Positions 36,464-45,271 of a stretch of 53,372 nucleotides of DNA are shown in pieces. The stretch's first letter is position 1. Each line of letters begins with the position of its first letter. The notes under the pieces are model-generated. The model did not search any database and was not told where the DNA came from. It saw nothing but the letters and a program-made list of their open reading frames with translations. Source of the stretch: Planctomycetota bacterium (GTDB lineage Bacteria > Planctomycetota > JBDREB01); contig JBDREB010000391.1 in assembly GCA_043820325.1 (NCBI GenBank), forward strand, positions 1-53,372. The letters run 5' to 3'. Both the position numbers and the translations under genes were made by a program.

Positions 36464-37889
36464 AACCAATGAGCTCCAAGTCGTCCGCAAGAACGGGGTG
36501 GACTTTCTGGTGGCGTTCTTCGCCGTTTTCCGTACGCTCAAGGTGTATGCCGCCGCGAACAAGAACGCCCAGGAGGTTCTGGCCCGGTTCCGCGAACTCT
36601 TCAAGCGGCTGTTGATGCTCGGCCCGGGGGTCGACATCCAGCTCACCGGCAACCAGTTCTGCCTCAACGGCACCAAGGTGGTCATCGGCATGTCGGGGTA
36701 TGACACTTTCAACCGTTTCGCCGATGAACTGGCCGTCCGGGGCATCGGCGGCCTCGCCGTTGACGGCGGTGTGACCGATGCGGACCTGGCCCGTTTTGTC
36801 AAGTACTTCTCCGACTTCAAACCGCCGGCCGCCGCCGCCATGCCCGCGGAAGGGCCGTTCCCCGCCTTTCAGGCCGGGTACGGAGCCCTGGGGATCGGCA
36901 CCATCGTCCTGCGCATGATATCCACGGAGACCGAGGTCGCTTCCGCCGACCAGGAAGAGACCGAAACGACGAGCTACCTCCGGACGGTCTTTATCCTGTA
37001 CCGGATCTTCAAGTCGGCCAAGGAGGGTAAACGCATCCACCTGGCCAACGCCAAGAAGGCGATCCAGAAGTTGGTGGCGGTGATCGACAAGGACCCCAGG
37101 GGGATCGTGACCCTGCTGCGCGTGAGCGACCTCGAGAACTACCTGGTGGGGCATTCGGTGAATGTATGCGTGTTCGCCTGCCTGATCGCCCGGCGGCTGG
37201 GGTTGCCGCGCACCAAGGTGGCCGATGTGGGCACCTGTGGGCTGTTCCACGACCTGGGCATGCTGCGCGTACCCGATGCGATCGCCCGGCATACGGGACC
37301 CCTCACGCGCGAACAGTGGGAGTACATCTGGGTCCATCCGGCCGAGGGGGCCAAGATGCTTCTGGGGACCGGGCGCCTGGTGGAGATCGTGACGCGGTCG
37401 ATGCAGGTCGCTTTCGAACACCAGATGCGCCGTGACGACCGGGGTTATCCGCCCCTGGCCGGCGACGCGGAGCTGAACCTGTTCACCCGTATCGTCAAGG
37501 CGGCCGACGCCTTCGACAGCATGACCACCGACCGGCCCCACCGCCGCGCGCTGGGGGAGGAGGCGGTCTTCGGAGCGATCCTCGACCAGTCGGAGACGGC
37601 CTATGAACGGGTGCTGGTGAAACTGCTGGCGAATGTGATGGGGGTCTATCCCCTCGGCGCCAAGATCAAGCTCAATACGGGGGAGCTGGGTGCGGTCCAC
37701 ACCCCGAACCGCGATCCCGACTACCGCGACAAGCCCGTGGTCCGTGTCTTCGCCGACGCCCAGGGCCACCGGGTGGACAAGCTCGTGGACATGATGGAGA
37801 AGGACGGGTTGGTCTTCAAATACTGGATCGTCCCGTTCGACGAGCACGAGCTCGATCTGGATGTGTCCTCCCTCGTCTCCATTCTCTGA
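36453..37889 (+). CDS. HD-GYP-domain protein with divergent metal-site motifs
   Basis: HSVNVCVFACLIA, GLFHDLGM, HPAEGAKML, EHQMRRDDRGYP, AADAFDSMTTDRPHR. The start overlaps the previous gene by 11 nt. Confidence 0.8.
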   Translation: MSPETNELQVVRKNGVDFLVAFFAVFRTLKVYAAANKNAQEVLARFRELFKRLLMLGPGVDIQLTGNQFCLNGTKVVIGMSGYDTFNRFADELAVRGIGGLAVDGGVTDADLARFVKYFSDFKPPAAAAMPAEGPFPAFQAGYGALGIGTIVLRMISTETEVASADQEETETTSYLRTVFILYRIFKSAKEGKRIHLANAKKAIQKLVAVIDKDPRGIVTLLRVSDLENYLVGHSVNVCVFACLIARRLGLPRTKVADVGTCGLFHDLGMLRVPDAIARHTGPLTREQWEYIWVHPAEGAKMLLGTGRLVEIVTRSMQVAFEHQMRRDDRGYPPLAGDAELNLFTRIVKAADAFDSMTTDRPHRRALGEEAVFGAILDQSETAYERVLVKLLANVMGVYPLGAKIKLNTGELGAVHTPNRDPDYRDKPVVRVFADAQGHRVDKLVDMMEKDGLVFKYWIVPFDEHELDLDVSSLVSIL

Positions 37890-37894
37890 CCGCC

Positions 37895-40800
37895 ATGGAT
37901 ACCGCCGCCCCGGCCGCCTACATCAACAACCGCTATCTCATCGAGAAAAAACTCGGCGAGGGGGGCATGGGCGCCGTGTTCCGCGTGCGCGACACCCAGA
38001 TGGGCAACCGGCTGATGGCCCTGAAGATCATGAAAAAGATCGGGTTCGGCCGCGACGAGGCCGGTTACCACGCCCTTTTCAAGCGCGAATTCGAGGTGCT
38101 GGCCGGCCTCAACCATCCCCATGTGGCCCGGTCCTTCGATTACGGCCCCATCCTGGACGGGAGCGGGTATTTCTTCACCTCCGAATTCGTGCGCGGCATC
38201 AACCTGCTCGAGGGCACGCGCAATGTCGGCATCGAGAACCTGCTTGAAGTGATGGTCCAGGCCTGCCGCGCCATCGATTATGTGCATTCCCGGGGCCTGA
38301 TCCACCACGACCTCAAGCCGGACAACATCCTGCTCACCGAGGCCGGGATCGTGGCGATGGCCGGCGGCGATTCCGAGGCGGCGATGGCGGTGCGCGAGGA
38401 GATCGGCGCCCTGGAGATCTACCTGGGCGAGATCATGATTGAAAAGCGGATCGTCAAGGTGATCGACTTCGGCCTGATCATGGGCGAGATGGAGGACAGC
38501 GCCCGGCTTTTCGGCACGCCCCAGTACATGCCGCCGGAAAAGATCCGCCGGGAACGGTGCGGCAAGCGCGGGGACCTCTATTCGCTGGGCGTGGTGTTCT
38601 ACCAGATCTTCACCCGGCGCCTGCCGTTCGTATCGATGAACATGAAGGAACTGTTCCAGCGGATCGTGGACGACGATCCCATTCCGCCGCGGCAGCTTCT
38701 GCCGGAAATGCCGCCGGTCGTGGAGCAGATCATCCTGCGGCTTTTGGCCAAGGACCCGGCCGCCCGTTTCGCCACGGCGGGGGAGGTCATCCACGAGCTC
38801 AACTGGGAACTCCAGCGCGAGTATTCGCTGGAAACGGAGATTTCCGCGGAAGGCTATATCACTTCCGGCAAGTTCGTCGGCCGTGTCCCCGAGCTCGGGC
38901 GGGTCGTGGCCGCGGCCGACGCCGCCTTCGATCCGGAGGTGCGGGATGTCCGGGCCGCCCAGGTCTTTCTGGTCGCGGGTGAACGGGGCATCGGCAAGAC
39001 CCGGTTCGTCCGGGAGATCAAGCGGCGGATCCAGCTGCGGGATGTGTTCATCCTGGACTTGGATTTGGCGCGGTTCAAGGATGCCGCGGGGCTCTTTGTC
39101 CGGGAAGTGGTCTTCCAGCTCGAGGATGTACCCGCCTTCGCCGGCATGGTGAACGGCGGCGATCTCAATCGGGCCCGCGAGTTCGCCGCCGGCGATCCCG
39201 CCGACCCGGTCCCCGAAGACATCATCGATTTCCTGGCCGACGCCCTGCTGGCGCTTTCCGCCCATCGGCCCGTCTGCGTGGTGTTCAGCAGTCTGGCCGA
39301 TGCCGGCCTGCCCCTGCGGCGGTTCCTGCTCACCCTGGCCGGCCGGATCCAGCGCGCCCGCGGGGCGGCGGTCCGGGCCCGGATCCTGGTGTTGGCGGAA
39401 CTGCCCGACGATGTGACCGCCCAACCCGTGCCGGCGCCGGTCCGGGCCGAATTGAGCGATCCGGAGCGGTTCGTGTCGATCATGCTCGAGCGGCTGTCGT
39501 CGGACGAGCTCGCCACGCTCATCGCCTCCATGTTCGGCCAGGGATATGTCCCGCGCGATTTTATCGACCGCCTGTACGAAGCCACCTTGGGCAACCCCCG
39601 GTACCTGGTCGAGGTGCTCATGGACCTGACCGCCGAGGGCCGGATCGTGCGTACGGGGCGCAACTGGCGTTTTGACCGCACCATCGCCGCCCTCGCCCTG
39701 CCGCCTTCCCATCGCCGGGCGATCATCACCCTGCTCGGTTCGCTGGACCAGGAAAGCAGCCTGGTCATCAATGTGCTGGCCGCCATCCGCCGGCCGATCG
39801 CCGTGCCGGTGCTCCAGTCGCTCACCGGGTTCGGCCCCGACCAGCTGGCCGTCCGGATGGCCGTGCTGGTCCGGCGGCGGCTCGTGGCCGCCGTCGACGA
39901 CGGCCGGTCGTTCCAACTCCCGTTCGATTTCCTGTATGATGCCGTGCGCGAAGGCCGCGATCCCGCGGTCGCGCGGGAGATCAGCACCAAGCTGGCCGCC
40001 GCGTTGGAACAGGACCTGGCCTCGGACCAGAGCGGCCAACAGTCCATTCCGCTGGCGGAACTCTATCTGGACATCGGGGACCTTCCCCGCGCCGTCCGGT
40101 GCGCGGTCCAGGCCGGCGAACAGCTGGCCGAGAGCCGGCGGTATGCCGAGGTGCGGCGCATCCTCGATGCGATCCTCCCCCGGCTGGGACCCACGGATTA
40201 CATCGAGTATATCAAGGTGGCCAGCCGGCTGGCCGAGATCCATGAGACCATGGGCGAACTCCTGCAGGCGGCCGCCTTGTACCGGACGGTGCTGGAACGG
40301 GGCGCGGCGGTGCTCAAGGGCTGGAACAAGGCCATCCTCTACCGCAAGATCGCCCACCTGATGATGGCCCTCGGCGACCATGCCCAGGCCCGGGCCTGCA
40401 TCGAGGAGGGGCGCGCGTTCATCGTCAGCGGTCCGGCCAGCGTCGAGAACGGCATGTTCACCAGCTCGGAGGCCCTTCTGGCGTTCCGCAGCGGCCGGTT
40501 CCAGGAAGGTTTGAACCGGTACCTGAACGCCGAACGGCTCATGCGCCTGCATGGCGACGGATCGCCCCGCAACCGGCGCGAGCTGCTCAACAACGACCTG
40601 ATCGGCGGCGCGGCGCGGTACTTCATGGGCGACCTGGCCGGGAGTTCCCGGACCATCACGGCCGCCCTCGGGGGCGCGCGGGAGACCGGCTTCGAGATGG
40701 CCGTGGCCACGGCCAACAGTTTTCTCGGGCTGAACCGGATCGAGGAGGGCGCCTTTGCCGATGCGGCCGAACGGCTGGGCGAGGCCCGCCGGATTTTCCA

Positions 40801-42394
40801 GGAACGATCAGATGGCCTGTTGCTGAATGAAGCCGACCTGCATGTCGCCCAGAACCTGCTCTATCAGAATCGGCACCTGGAATGCCTCGATCATGTCGAG
40901 AAGGTGCTGCTGGCCACGACCGGCCGGCCGGGTCTGGCCAATATCACCGGCAAGGCGTATTACCTGCTGGGACATCTCAACCGCATCTTCGCGCGCTACA
41001 GCCTGGAACGGCAGGACTTTCAGCATTGCCTGGCCTGCTTCGAGGAAACAGGCAATGAATACATGGCCTGCGCCGCGGTGGTGGAACAGGCCGAGCCTCT
41101 GGCCGTGGTCGGCAAACTGGATGAAGCCGCGGCGCTGGCGCGGCGCGGCGAAGAGTATGCCGCCGGCCGGGCCTATCTCCGGCTGCAAGCCCGGGCCCTG
41201 CATGTCCAGGGAATGATCGCCTTCCGCCGCAATGATCCGGCCGCGGCCGCCCGCCTTTTTGAGGCTGGCAACCGGCTGATGGAGCAGACCGGTTTCACAT
41301 ATCTGACCGTTCAATACCAGGCGGAGTATCTGTTGTACCAGGCCGTCCTGTGTCCCGACCGGATCGACGATGCGCTGGTGGCCCGGGTGTTGGCGCATCC
41401 CCTGGCCGCCGTGCCCATGATCCGGGCGTACGCCACCTTCGCATCCGGCATCCGGCATGAACAGGCGGGCCGGCGCGAGGCGGCCTGGACCCAGGTCTAC
41501 GAAGCCCAGGCCATCGCCGCCAAGATCCATCTTCTGGAATTGCAATGGATCAGCAATTGCGCCCTGGGCCGCATTCAGGCCGCCCGGACCGGCAATGCCG
41601 CCAACCGTTTTGTCGCGAATGCCCGCCGCACGGTCAAGCAGATCACGAAAACGCTTTCCGCGGAGGAATCCAACGGCTACCTGTCCAGCGCCTTTTTCAG
41701 GAACATGGAGGGATGGCTGGATGACCCGGGCGGTCCGGAAGCGGTGGAAGATCCCGCGGCGGGTGATGTGTTCGCGCGCCGGACGGCGATCACCGGTCAT
41801 GGAACAGGGACGGCCCGGACCATTGTGTCGGGCGCCGATCGGACGGGGACGGCCCGCACTGTCATCGGCGGTGGCGGGCCCGACACAGGGGTGGCGCCGA
41901 CCATCGTCCCCGGAAGCGCGGCCGGCCGGTCGGATGATTCTTCCCATTTCCTGGAGATGGCCATTGCCGCCGATCTGGCCGACGCCACTTTCGTGCCGCC
42001 GCCGCCCGCCGACGGGTCGGTCGAAAGCCGGGCGCCCACTGTGGGCCAGAGTGGGCCGGTGGCCACCATCGCGGGGGAGGTCGTGATCCCGACCATCACG
42101 GAAGGGGCCTCTCGGCCGTCGGGCCGGGCCCCCACGGTCGCGGTGCCGACGACCGTCCCGCTGCCCGCCGGTCCGGCGGTGCCGGCCGCACCGGTCCGAT
42201 CCACGACGACATTTATCCGGAGGGTCGCGCCGCCGCCACCGCCGCGGCCGGCCGCCCCGGTCCCGCCCCCGGCGGCACCCACGACACCCGCGCGTCCCGC
42301 CGCCGTCCCGCCGGCCCAACCGCCCGCGGACGGGGTGAATTGGGAGACCTTCAGTTTCGATCAGAACGGTTCTGTTTCCGAGGAGAAGCCATGA
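37895..42394 (+). CDS. Ser/Thr protein kinase - STAND/AAA P-loop NTPase - TPR multidomain protein (1499 aa)
   Basis: Kinase motifs GEGGMGAVF, ALK, HHDLKPDNILL, DFG and GTPQYMPPE. Walker A GERGIGKT. A long TPR-like helical region. A Pro/Ala/Thr-rich tail. Confidence 0.85.
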   Translation: MDTAAPAAYINNRYLIEKKLGEGGMGAVFRVRDTQMGNRLMALKIMKKIGFGRDEAGYHALFKREFEVLAGLNHPHVARSFDYGPILDGSGYFFTSEFVRGINLLEGTRNVGIENLLEVMVQACRAIDYVHSRGLIHHDLKPDNILLTEAGIVAMAGGDSEAAMAVREEIGALEIYLGEIMIEKRIVKVIDFGLIMGEMEDSARLFGTPQYMPPEKIRRERCGKRGDLYSLGVVFYQIFTRRLPFVSMNMKELFQRIVDDDPIPPRQLLPEMPPVVEQIILRLLAKDPAARFATAGEVIHELNWELQREYSLETEISAEGYITSGKFVGRVPELGRVVAAADAAFDPEVRDVRAAQVFLVAGERGIGKTRFVREIKRRIQLRDVFILDLDLARFKDAAGLFVREVVFQLEDVPAFAGMVNGGDLNRAREFAAGDPADPVPEDIIDFLADALLALSAHRPVCVVFSSLADAGLPLRRFLLTLAGRIQRARGAAVRARILVLAELPDDVTAQPVPAPVRAELSDPERFVSIMLERLSSDELATLIASMFGQGYVPRDFIDRLYEATLGNPRYLVEVLMDLTAEGRIVRTGRNWRFDRTIAALALPPSHRRAIITLLGSLDQESSLVINVLAAIRRPIAVPVLQSLTGFGPDQLAVRMAVLVRRRLVAAVDDGRSFQLPFDFLYDAVREGRDPAVAREISTKLAAALEQDLASDQSGQQSIPLAELYLDIGDLPRAVRCAVQAGEQLAESRRYAEVRRILDAILPRLGPTDYIEYIKVASRLAEIHETMGELLQAAALYRTVLERGAAVLKGWNKAILYRKIAHLMMALGDHAQARACIEEGRAFIVSGPASVENGMFTSSEALLAFRSGRFQEGLNRYLNAERLMRLHGDGSPRNRRELLNNDLIGGAARYFMGDLAGSSRTITAALGGARETGFEMAVATANSFLGLNRIEEGAFADAAERLGEARRIFQERSDGLLLNEADLHVAQNLLYQNRHLECLDHVEKVLLATTGRPGLANITGKAYYLLGHLNRIFARYSLERQDFQHCLACFEETGNEYMACAAVVEQAEPLAVVGKLDEAAALARRGEEYAAGRAYLRLQARALHVQGMIAFRRNDPAAAARLFEAGNRLMEQTGFTYLTVQYQAEYLLYQAVLCPDRIDDALVARVLAHPLAAVPMIRAYATFASGIRHEQAGRREAAWTQVYEAQAIAAKIHLLELQWISNCALGRIQAARTGNAANRFVANARRTVKQITKTLSAEESNGYLSSAFFRNMEGWLDDPGGPEAVEDPAAGDVFARRTAITGHGTGTARTIVSGADRTGTARTVIGGGGPDTGVAPTIVPGSAAGRSDDSSHFLEMAIAADLADATFVPPPPADGSVESRAPTVGQSGPVATIAGEVVIPTITEGASRPSGRAPTVAVPTTVPLPAGPAVPAAPVRSTTTFIRRVAPPPPPRPAAPVPPPAAPTTPARPAAVPPAQPPADGVNWETFSFDQNGSVSEEKP

Positions 42395-44079
42395 AAATCT
42401 GCCTGTGGATCATTATGGGGCTTCTGGCCGCCGGGATATCAACGGCCCGGGGCGAGGCGGCCGGGGTCGAATTCCTGTATACCTGCAAAAGCTGCAACGG
42501 CCGGTTCATGGCGCTGATGCTCAAGGCCGCCGCGCCGATCGGTACCAACCGGGTCGGCCGGCCCGACCTGGTCACGATCAACGGCAAGACCTATCCCGGT
42601 ACCGTGTTCAAGGGTCAGCATATCGCTTTTGCCATGCCCGACGGCCCGAACGATGAGCTCGATTCGGACATGGGGTTCATACCGGACGATTTCAACCAGT
42701 ACAACTACGCGGTCATCATCTGTCCCCGGTGCGGGTTCGCGTTCCTGCCCGAACATTTCGACCAGCTGGCGGTCCCCGAAGCCGTACAGCGCCTGGTCCA
42801 GACCAACCTGGCCCCCGTCATGGAGGCGGTCCGCCGCTCGTTCGTCGACGATGTCACCAAGGGCCAGGCGTTCCGGGAGCAGATCACCAAACAGAAGGAT
42901 GGGGTCGATCCGCGGCGCCTGGTCCTCACCTCGGCCATGCAGAACCAGATCCCCGCCCACATCAAGTTCGATCATGCGATCGCCTGTTACCGCTGGTTGA
43001 ATTACCAGCCCGCGTTCATCAGCCGCCTAGCGCTGAACGGGGCCTGGGCCTATCGGACCGAGGTGTGCCTGCCGTTCGAGACCGGGGCCGATGTGTTCCA
43101 GCAGGCCGTGGTCCGTGTGGAAGACCTGACCGCCAAATACGCCGCCGAATTGCAGCGTATGGCGATCGAAGATCCCCGGGGCCGCAACACCCGGCTGGTG
43201 GAAGTGCTTGAGACCATTCTCGACAAGGGTAAGCTCGGTGACGTGGAGCGGTTCGTGACCTGCAACATGCTCATCGGCCTGTGCGACCGTTTGGGGCGCT
43301 TCCATGCGGTGCGGTTCTATCTGGACCAGGCCCGCGCTGCGACCGGCGGCAATGAGCGACTGGCGCTGTATATCGCCAAGAAAGTGGCTTGGCTCGACTT
43401 GGAACGGAAATTTCTGCAAACCGCCCGCCAGGAGAAGATGGCTGCATTTGCAGCCGGAAATATCGTCCGCGGCAAGGTCTTTACCGAGACCTACCTCCTG
43501 GGTGAATTATGCAAACGGCAGGGGAACCTTCAGGCCGCCGCCTTCTGGTTCAACGCGGTCGCGGCCCTGGCCGACGCCCCCCCGGAATTGAAGGAATTGT
43601 GCTCCCGCCAGGCGGCGGATGTCGCGGCGTTGGCGGCACGCTGGGCGCCGGGAGAACCGGTGGGCGCGGCCGAACGGACCCTGGCCCAGGACCTGAACGA
43701 AGGCCTCGGGACCGCCGCTTTTTTCGCGGCTCGCGGCCTGGTTCAGAAGGGATTGGATCCCGCGACCTGTGAAAAGGTCATGCGCCGGATCGGCAACGCC
43801 GTTCTGGTCTACATGGATGACAACGGTTTTTACCCGGACGGATTGCAGGACCTGTGGGAAAATGATCTTCTGCAGCCCCAGTCGGTCAATTCATTTTGCT
43901 GCCCGGTGACCGGGCTGCCGTATATCTACATCGTCCCGCAGACGGGGTTCGCGGTCTGGCCGCTATTATGCGATCGTCAGGCCCACACCTGGGCCGATGC
44001 CCAGCCCCGCTGGGGCGTCTACCGTTCCGGACATGGTTTCAGTGTTGACGACAGTGTGCCCGGTGAGATCCGTCCCTGA
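42391..44079 (+). CDS. DUF2225-like zinc-ribbon/TPR-like protein with N-terminal hydrophobic segment
   Basis: ATGA overlap with the kinase gene. MKICLWIIMGLLAAGISTARG. Split zinc ribbon YTCKSCNG ... DSDMGFIPDDFNQYNYAVIICPRCGFAFLPEHF. The family call is from memory of the DUF2225 pattern. Confidence 0.6.
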   Translation: MKICLWIIMGLLAAGISTARGEAAGVEFLYTCKSCNGRFMALMLKAAAPIGTNRVGRPDLVTINGKTYPGTVFKGQHIAFAMPDGPNDELDSDMGFIPDDFNQYNYAVIICPRCGFAFLPEHFDQLAVPEAVQRLVQTNLAPVMEAVRRSFVDDVTKGQAFREQITKQKDGVDPRRLVLTSAMQNQIPAHIKFDHAIACYRWLNYQPAFISRLALNGAWAYRTEVCLPFETGADVFQQAVVRVEDLTAKYAAELQRMAIEDPRGRNTRLVEVLETILDKGKLGDVERFVTCNMLIGLCDRLGRFHAVRFYLDQARAATGGNERLALYIAKKVAWLDLERKFLQTARQEKMAAFAAGNIVRGKVFTETYLLGELCKRQGNLQAAAFWFNAVAALADAPPELKELCSRQAADVAALAARWAPGEPVGAAERTLAQDLNEGLGTAAFFAARGLVQKGLDPATCEKVMRRIGNAVLVYMDDNGFYPDGLQDLWENDLLQPQSVNSFCCPVTGLPYIYIVPQTGFAVWPLLCDRQAHTWADAQPRWGVYRSGHGFSVDDSVPGEIRP

Positions 44080-45124
44080 GACCGGCGGCGATCCCCGCCC
44101 CGGCCTGTACATCCATATACCGTTCTGCGTGCGGCGCTGCCGGTACTGCGCCTTCTATTCCACGCTGTGCGGCACACATGATCCCGGGGCCTATGTCCGG
44201 GCCGTGCTGGCCGAGCTCGACCCCTGGGCCGGGCCGCCCCCCGCCACCATCTACCTGGGCGGCGGCACGCCCACCGCCCTGCCGCGCTCCGCATTGCGGG
44301 CCCTGGTCGGGGGATTGAACGACAGGGGGCTGGTCACCCCGGAGGCGGAATTCACGGTGGAAACGAACCCGGGCACGCTGGACGGCCTGACGGCCGACCT
44401 GCTCCTGGCCGCCGGGGTGAACCGGCTTTCCATCGGCTGCCAGTCGTTCGATGACGCCACCCTGCGGTTCCTGGGCCGGATCCATTCCGGCGCGGATGGG
44501 GCCGTCGCGGTGCGGCTGGCCCGTGCGGCCGGATTCCCCGTGATCAGCCTGGACCTGCTCCGCGGGGTCCCGGGGCGGACGGCCGCGGATGCGCATTGGG
44601 ACCTGGAGCGTACGCTCGAATTGGTGCCGGATCACATCTCCTGTTATGAGCTGGCCATTGAGGAAGGGACGCCGCTGGACTTGGACCGGGCCGCCGGGCG
44701 CCTGCCGGCGCTCCCCGATGAAGCGATGCTTCTGGCCCTCGATGCCGCCGTGCATGGAACGCTTGAGGCGGCGGGATACCGGCATTACGAGGTCGCCAAT
44801 TTCGCCCGGCCGGGCCGGGAATGCCGCCACAACCTCCTTTACTGGCGGGGGGCCGACCATGCCGCCGCCGGGGCCGGGGCGGTCTCCCTGGAAAACGGTG
44901 TGCGCCGCCGGCGCGTGCCGGATGTGGCCGCCTATGTGGCGCGGATCGCGGCCGGGGCCGATCCCGCCGATGAACGGGAACAAGTGACCGGGGCGACTCT
45001 GGCGCGGGAACGGTTCCTGATGGGGCTCCGGCTGCGGGAGGGCATCGACGCCGATGATTTTCTGCGGCAGACGGGCACCGCGCTGGATGTCTACCTGCCC
45101 CGTCTGCGGGAACTGGAAGACTAG
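44033..45124 (+). CDS. hemW: Radical SAM heme chaperone HemW, frame closed by in-frame TAG before the last ~29 conserved residues
   Basis: GLYIHIPFCVRRCRYCAFYS radical SAM CxxxCxxC, IYLGGGTP, NRLSIGCQSFDD. The start is uncertain (ATG 44033 or GTG 44063). TAG at 45122-45124. Confidence 0.85.
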   Translation: MVSVLTTVCPVRSVPETGGDPRPGLYIHIPFCVRRCRYCAFYSTLCGTHDPGAYVRAVLAELDPWAGPPPATIYLGGGTPTALPRSALRALVGGLNDRGLVTPEAEFTVETNPGTLDGLTADLLLAAGVNRLSIGCQSFDDATLRFLGRIHSGADGAVAVRLARAAGFPVISLDLLRGVPGRTAADAHWDLERTLELVPDHISCYELAIEEGTPLDLDRAAGRLPALPDEAMLLALDAAVHGTLEAAGYRHYEVANFARPGRECRHNLLYWRGADHAAAGAGAVSLENGVRRRRVPDVAAYVARIAAGADPADEREQVTGATLARERFLMGLRLREGIDADDFLRQTGTALDVYLPRLRELED

Positions 45125-45211
45125 GGGCTGGTCCGGTACGCCGATGGCAACCTGCGCGTCACCGGCCGGGGCGCGGTCCTGCTCAATGAGGTGCTTTTGG
45201 CCCTTTTTTGA
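45125..45211 (+). pseudogene. In-frame continuation of hemW after TAG
   Basis: The same frame reads GLVRYADGNLRVTGRGAVLLNEVLLALF then TGA (45209-45211). This matches the usual HemW C-terminus pattern (GLL...L.LT..G..L.NEV...F). Confidence 0.7.
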
Positions 45212-45271
45212 CCGGTTTCGGTCAAATGCCGCTTCCATGGCACCGTATATCTTTGGGTAAGGCATGTCGTC

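Noticed and set aside
37895-42394. The STAND NTPase in the giant kinase as an Avs/NLR-like antiphage sensor.
   Set aside because: The architecture (N-terminal Hanks kinase, AAA_16-like P-loop, TPR) matches common bacterial signalling kinases. No nuclease, protease or other effector domain is attached, and the neighbours are signalling genes rather than defence genes.
45208-45225. Palindrome TTGACCG-GTTT-CGGTCAA at the hemW tail stop, considered as a terminator.
   Set aside because: The stem is only 7 bp and the T-run lies upstream rather than downstream of the hairpin. It may be an operator, but nothing supports that.
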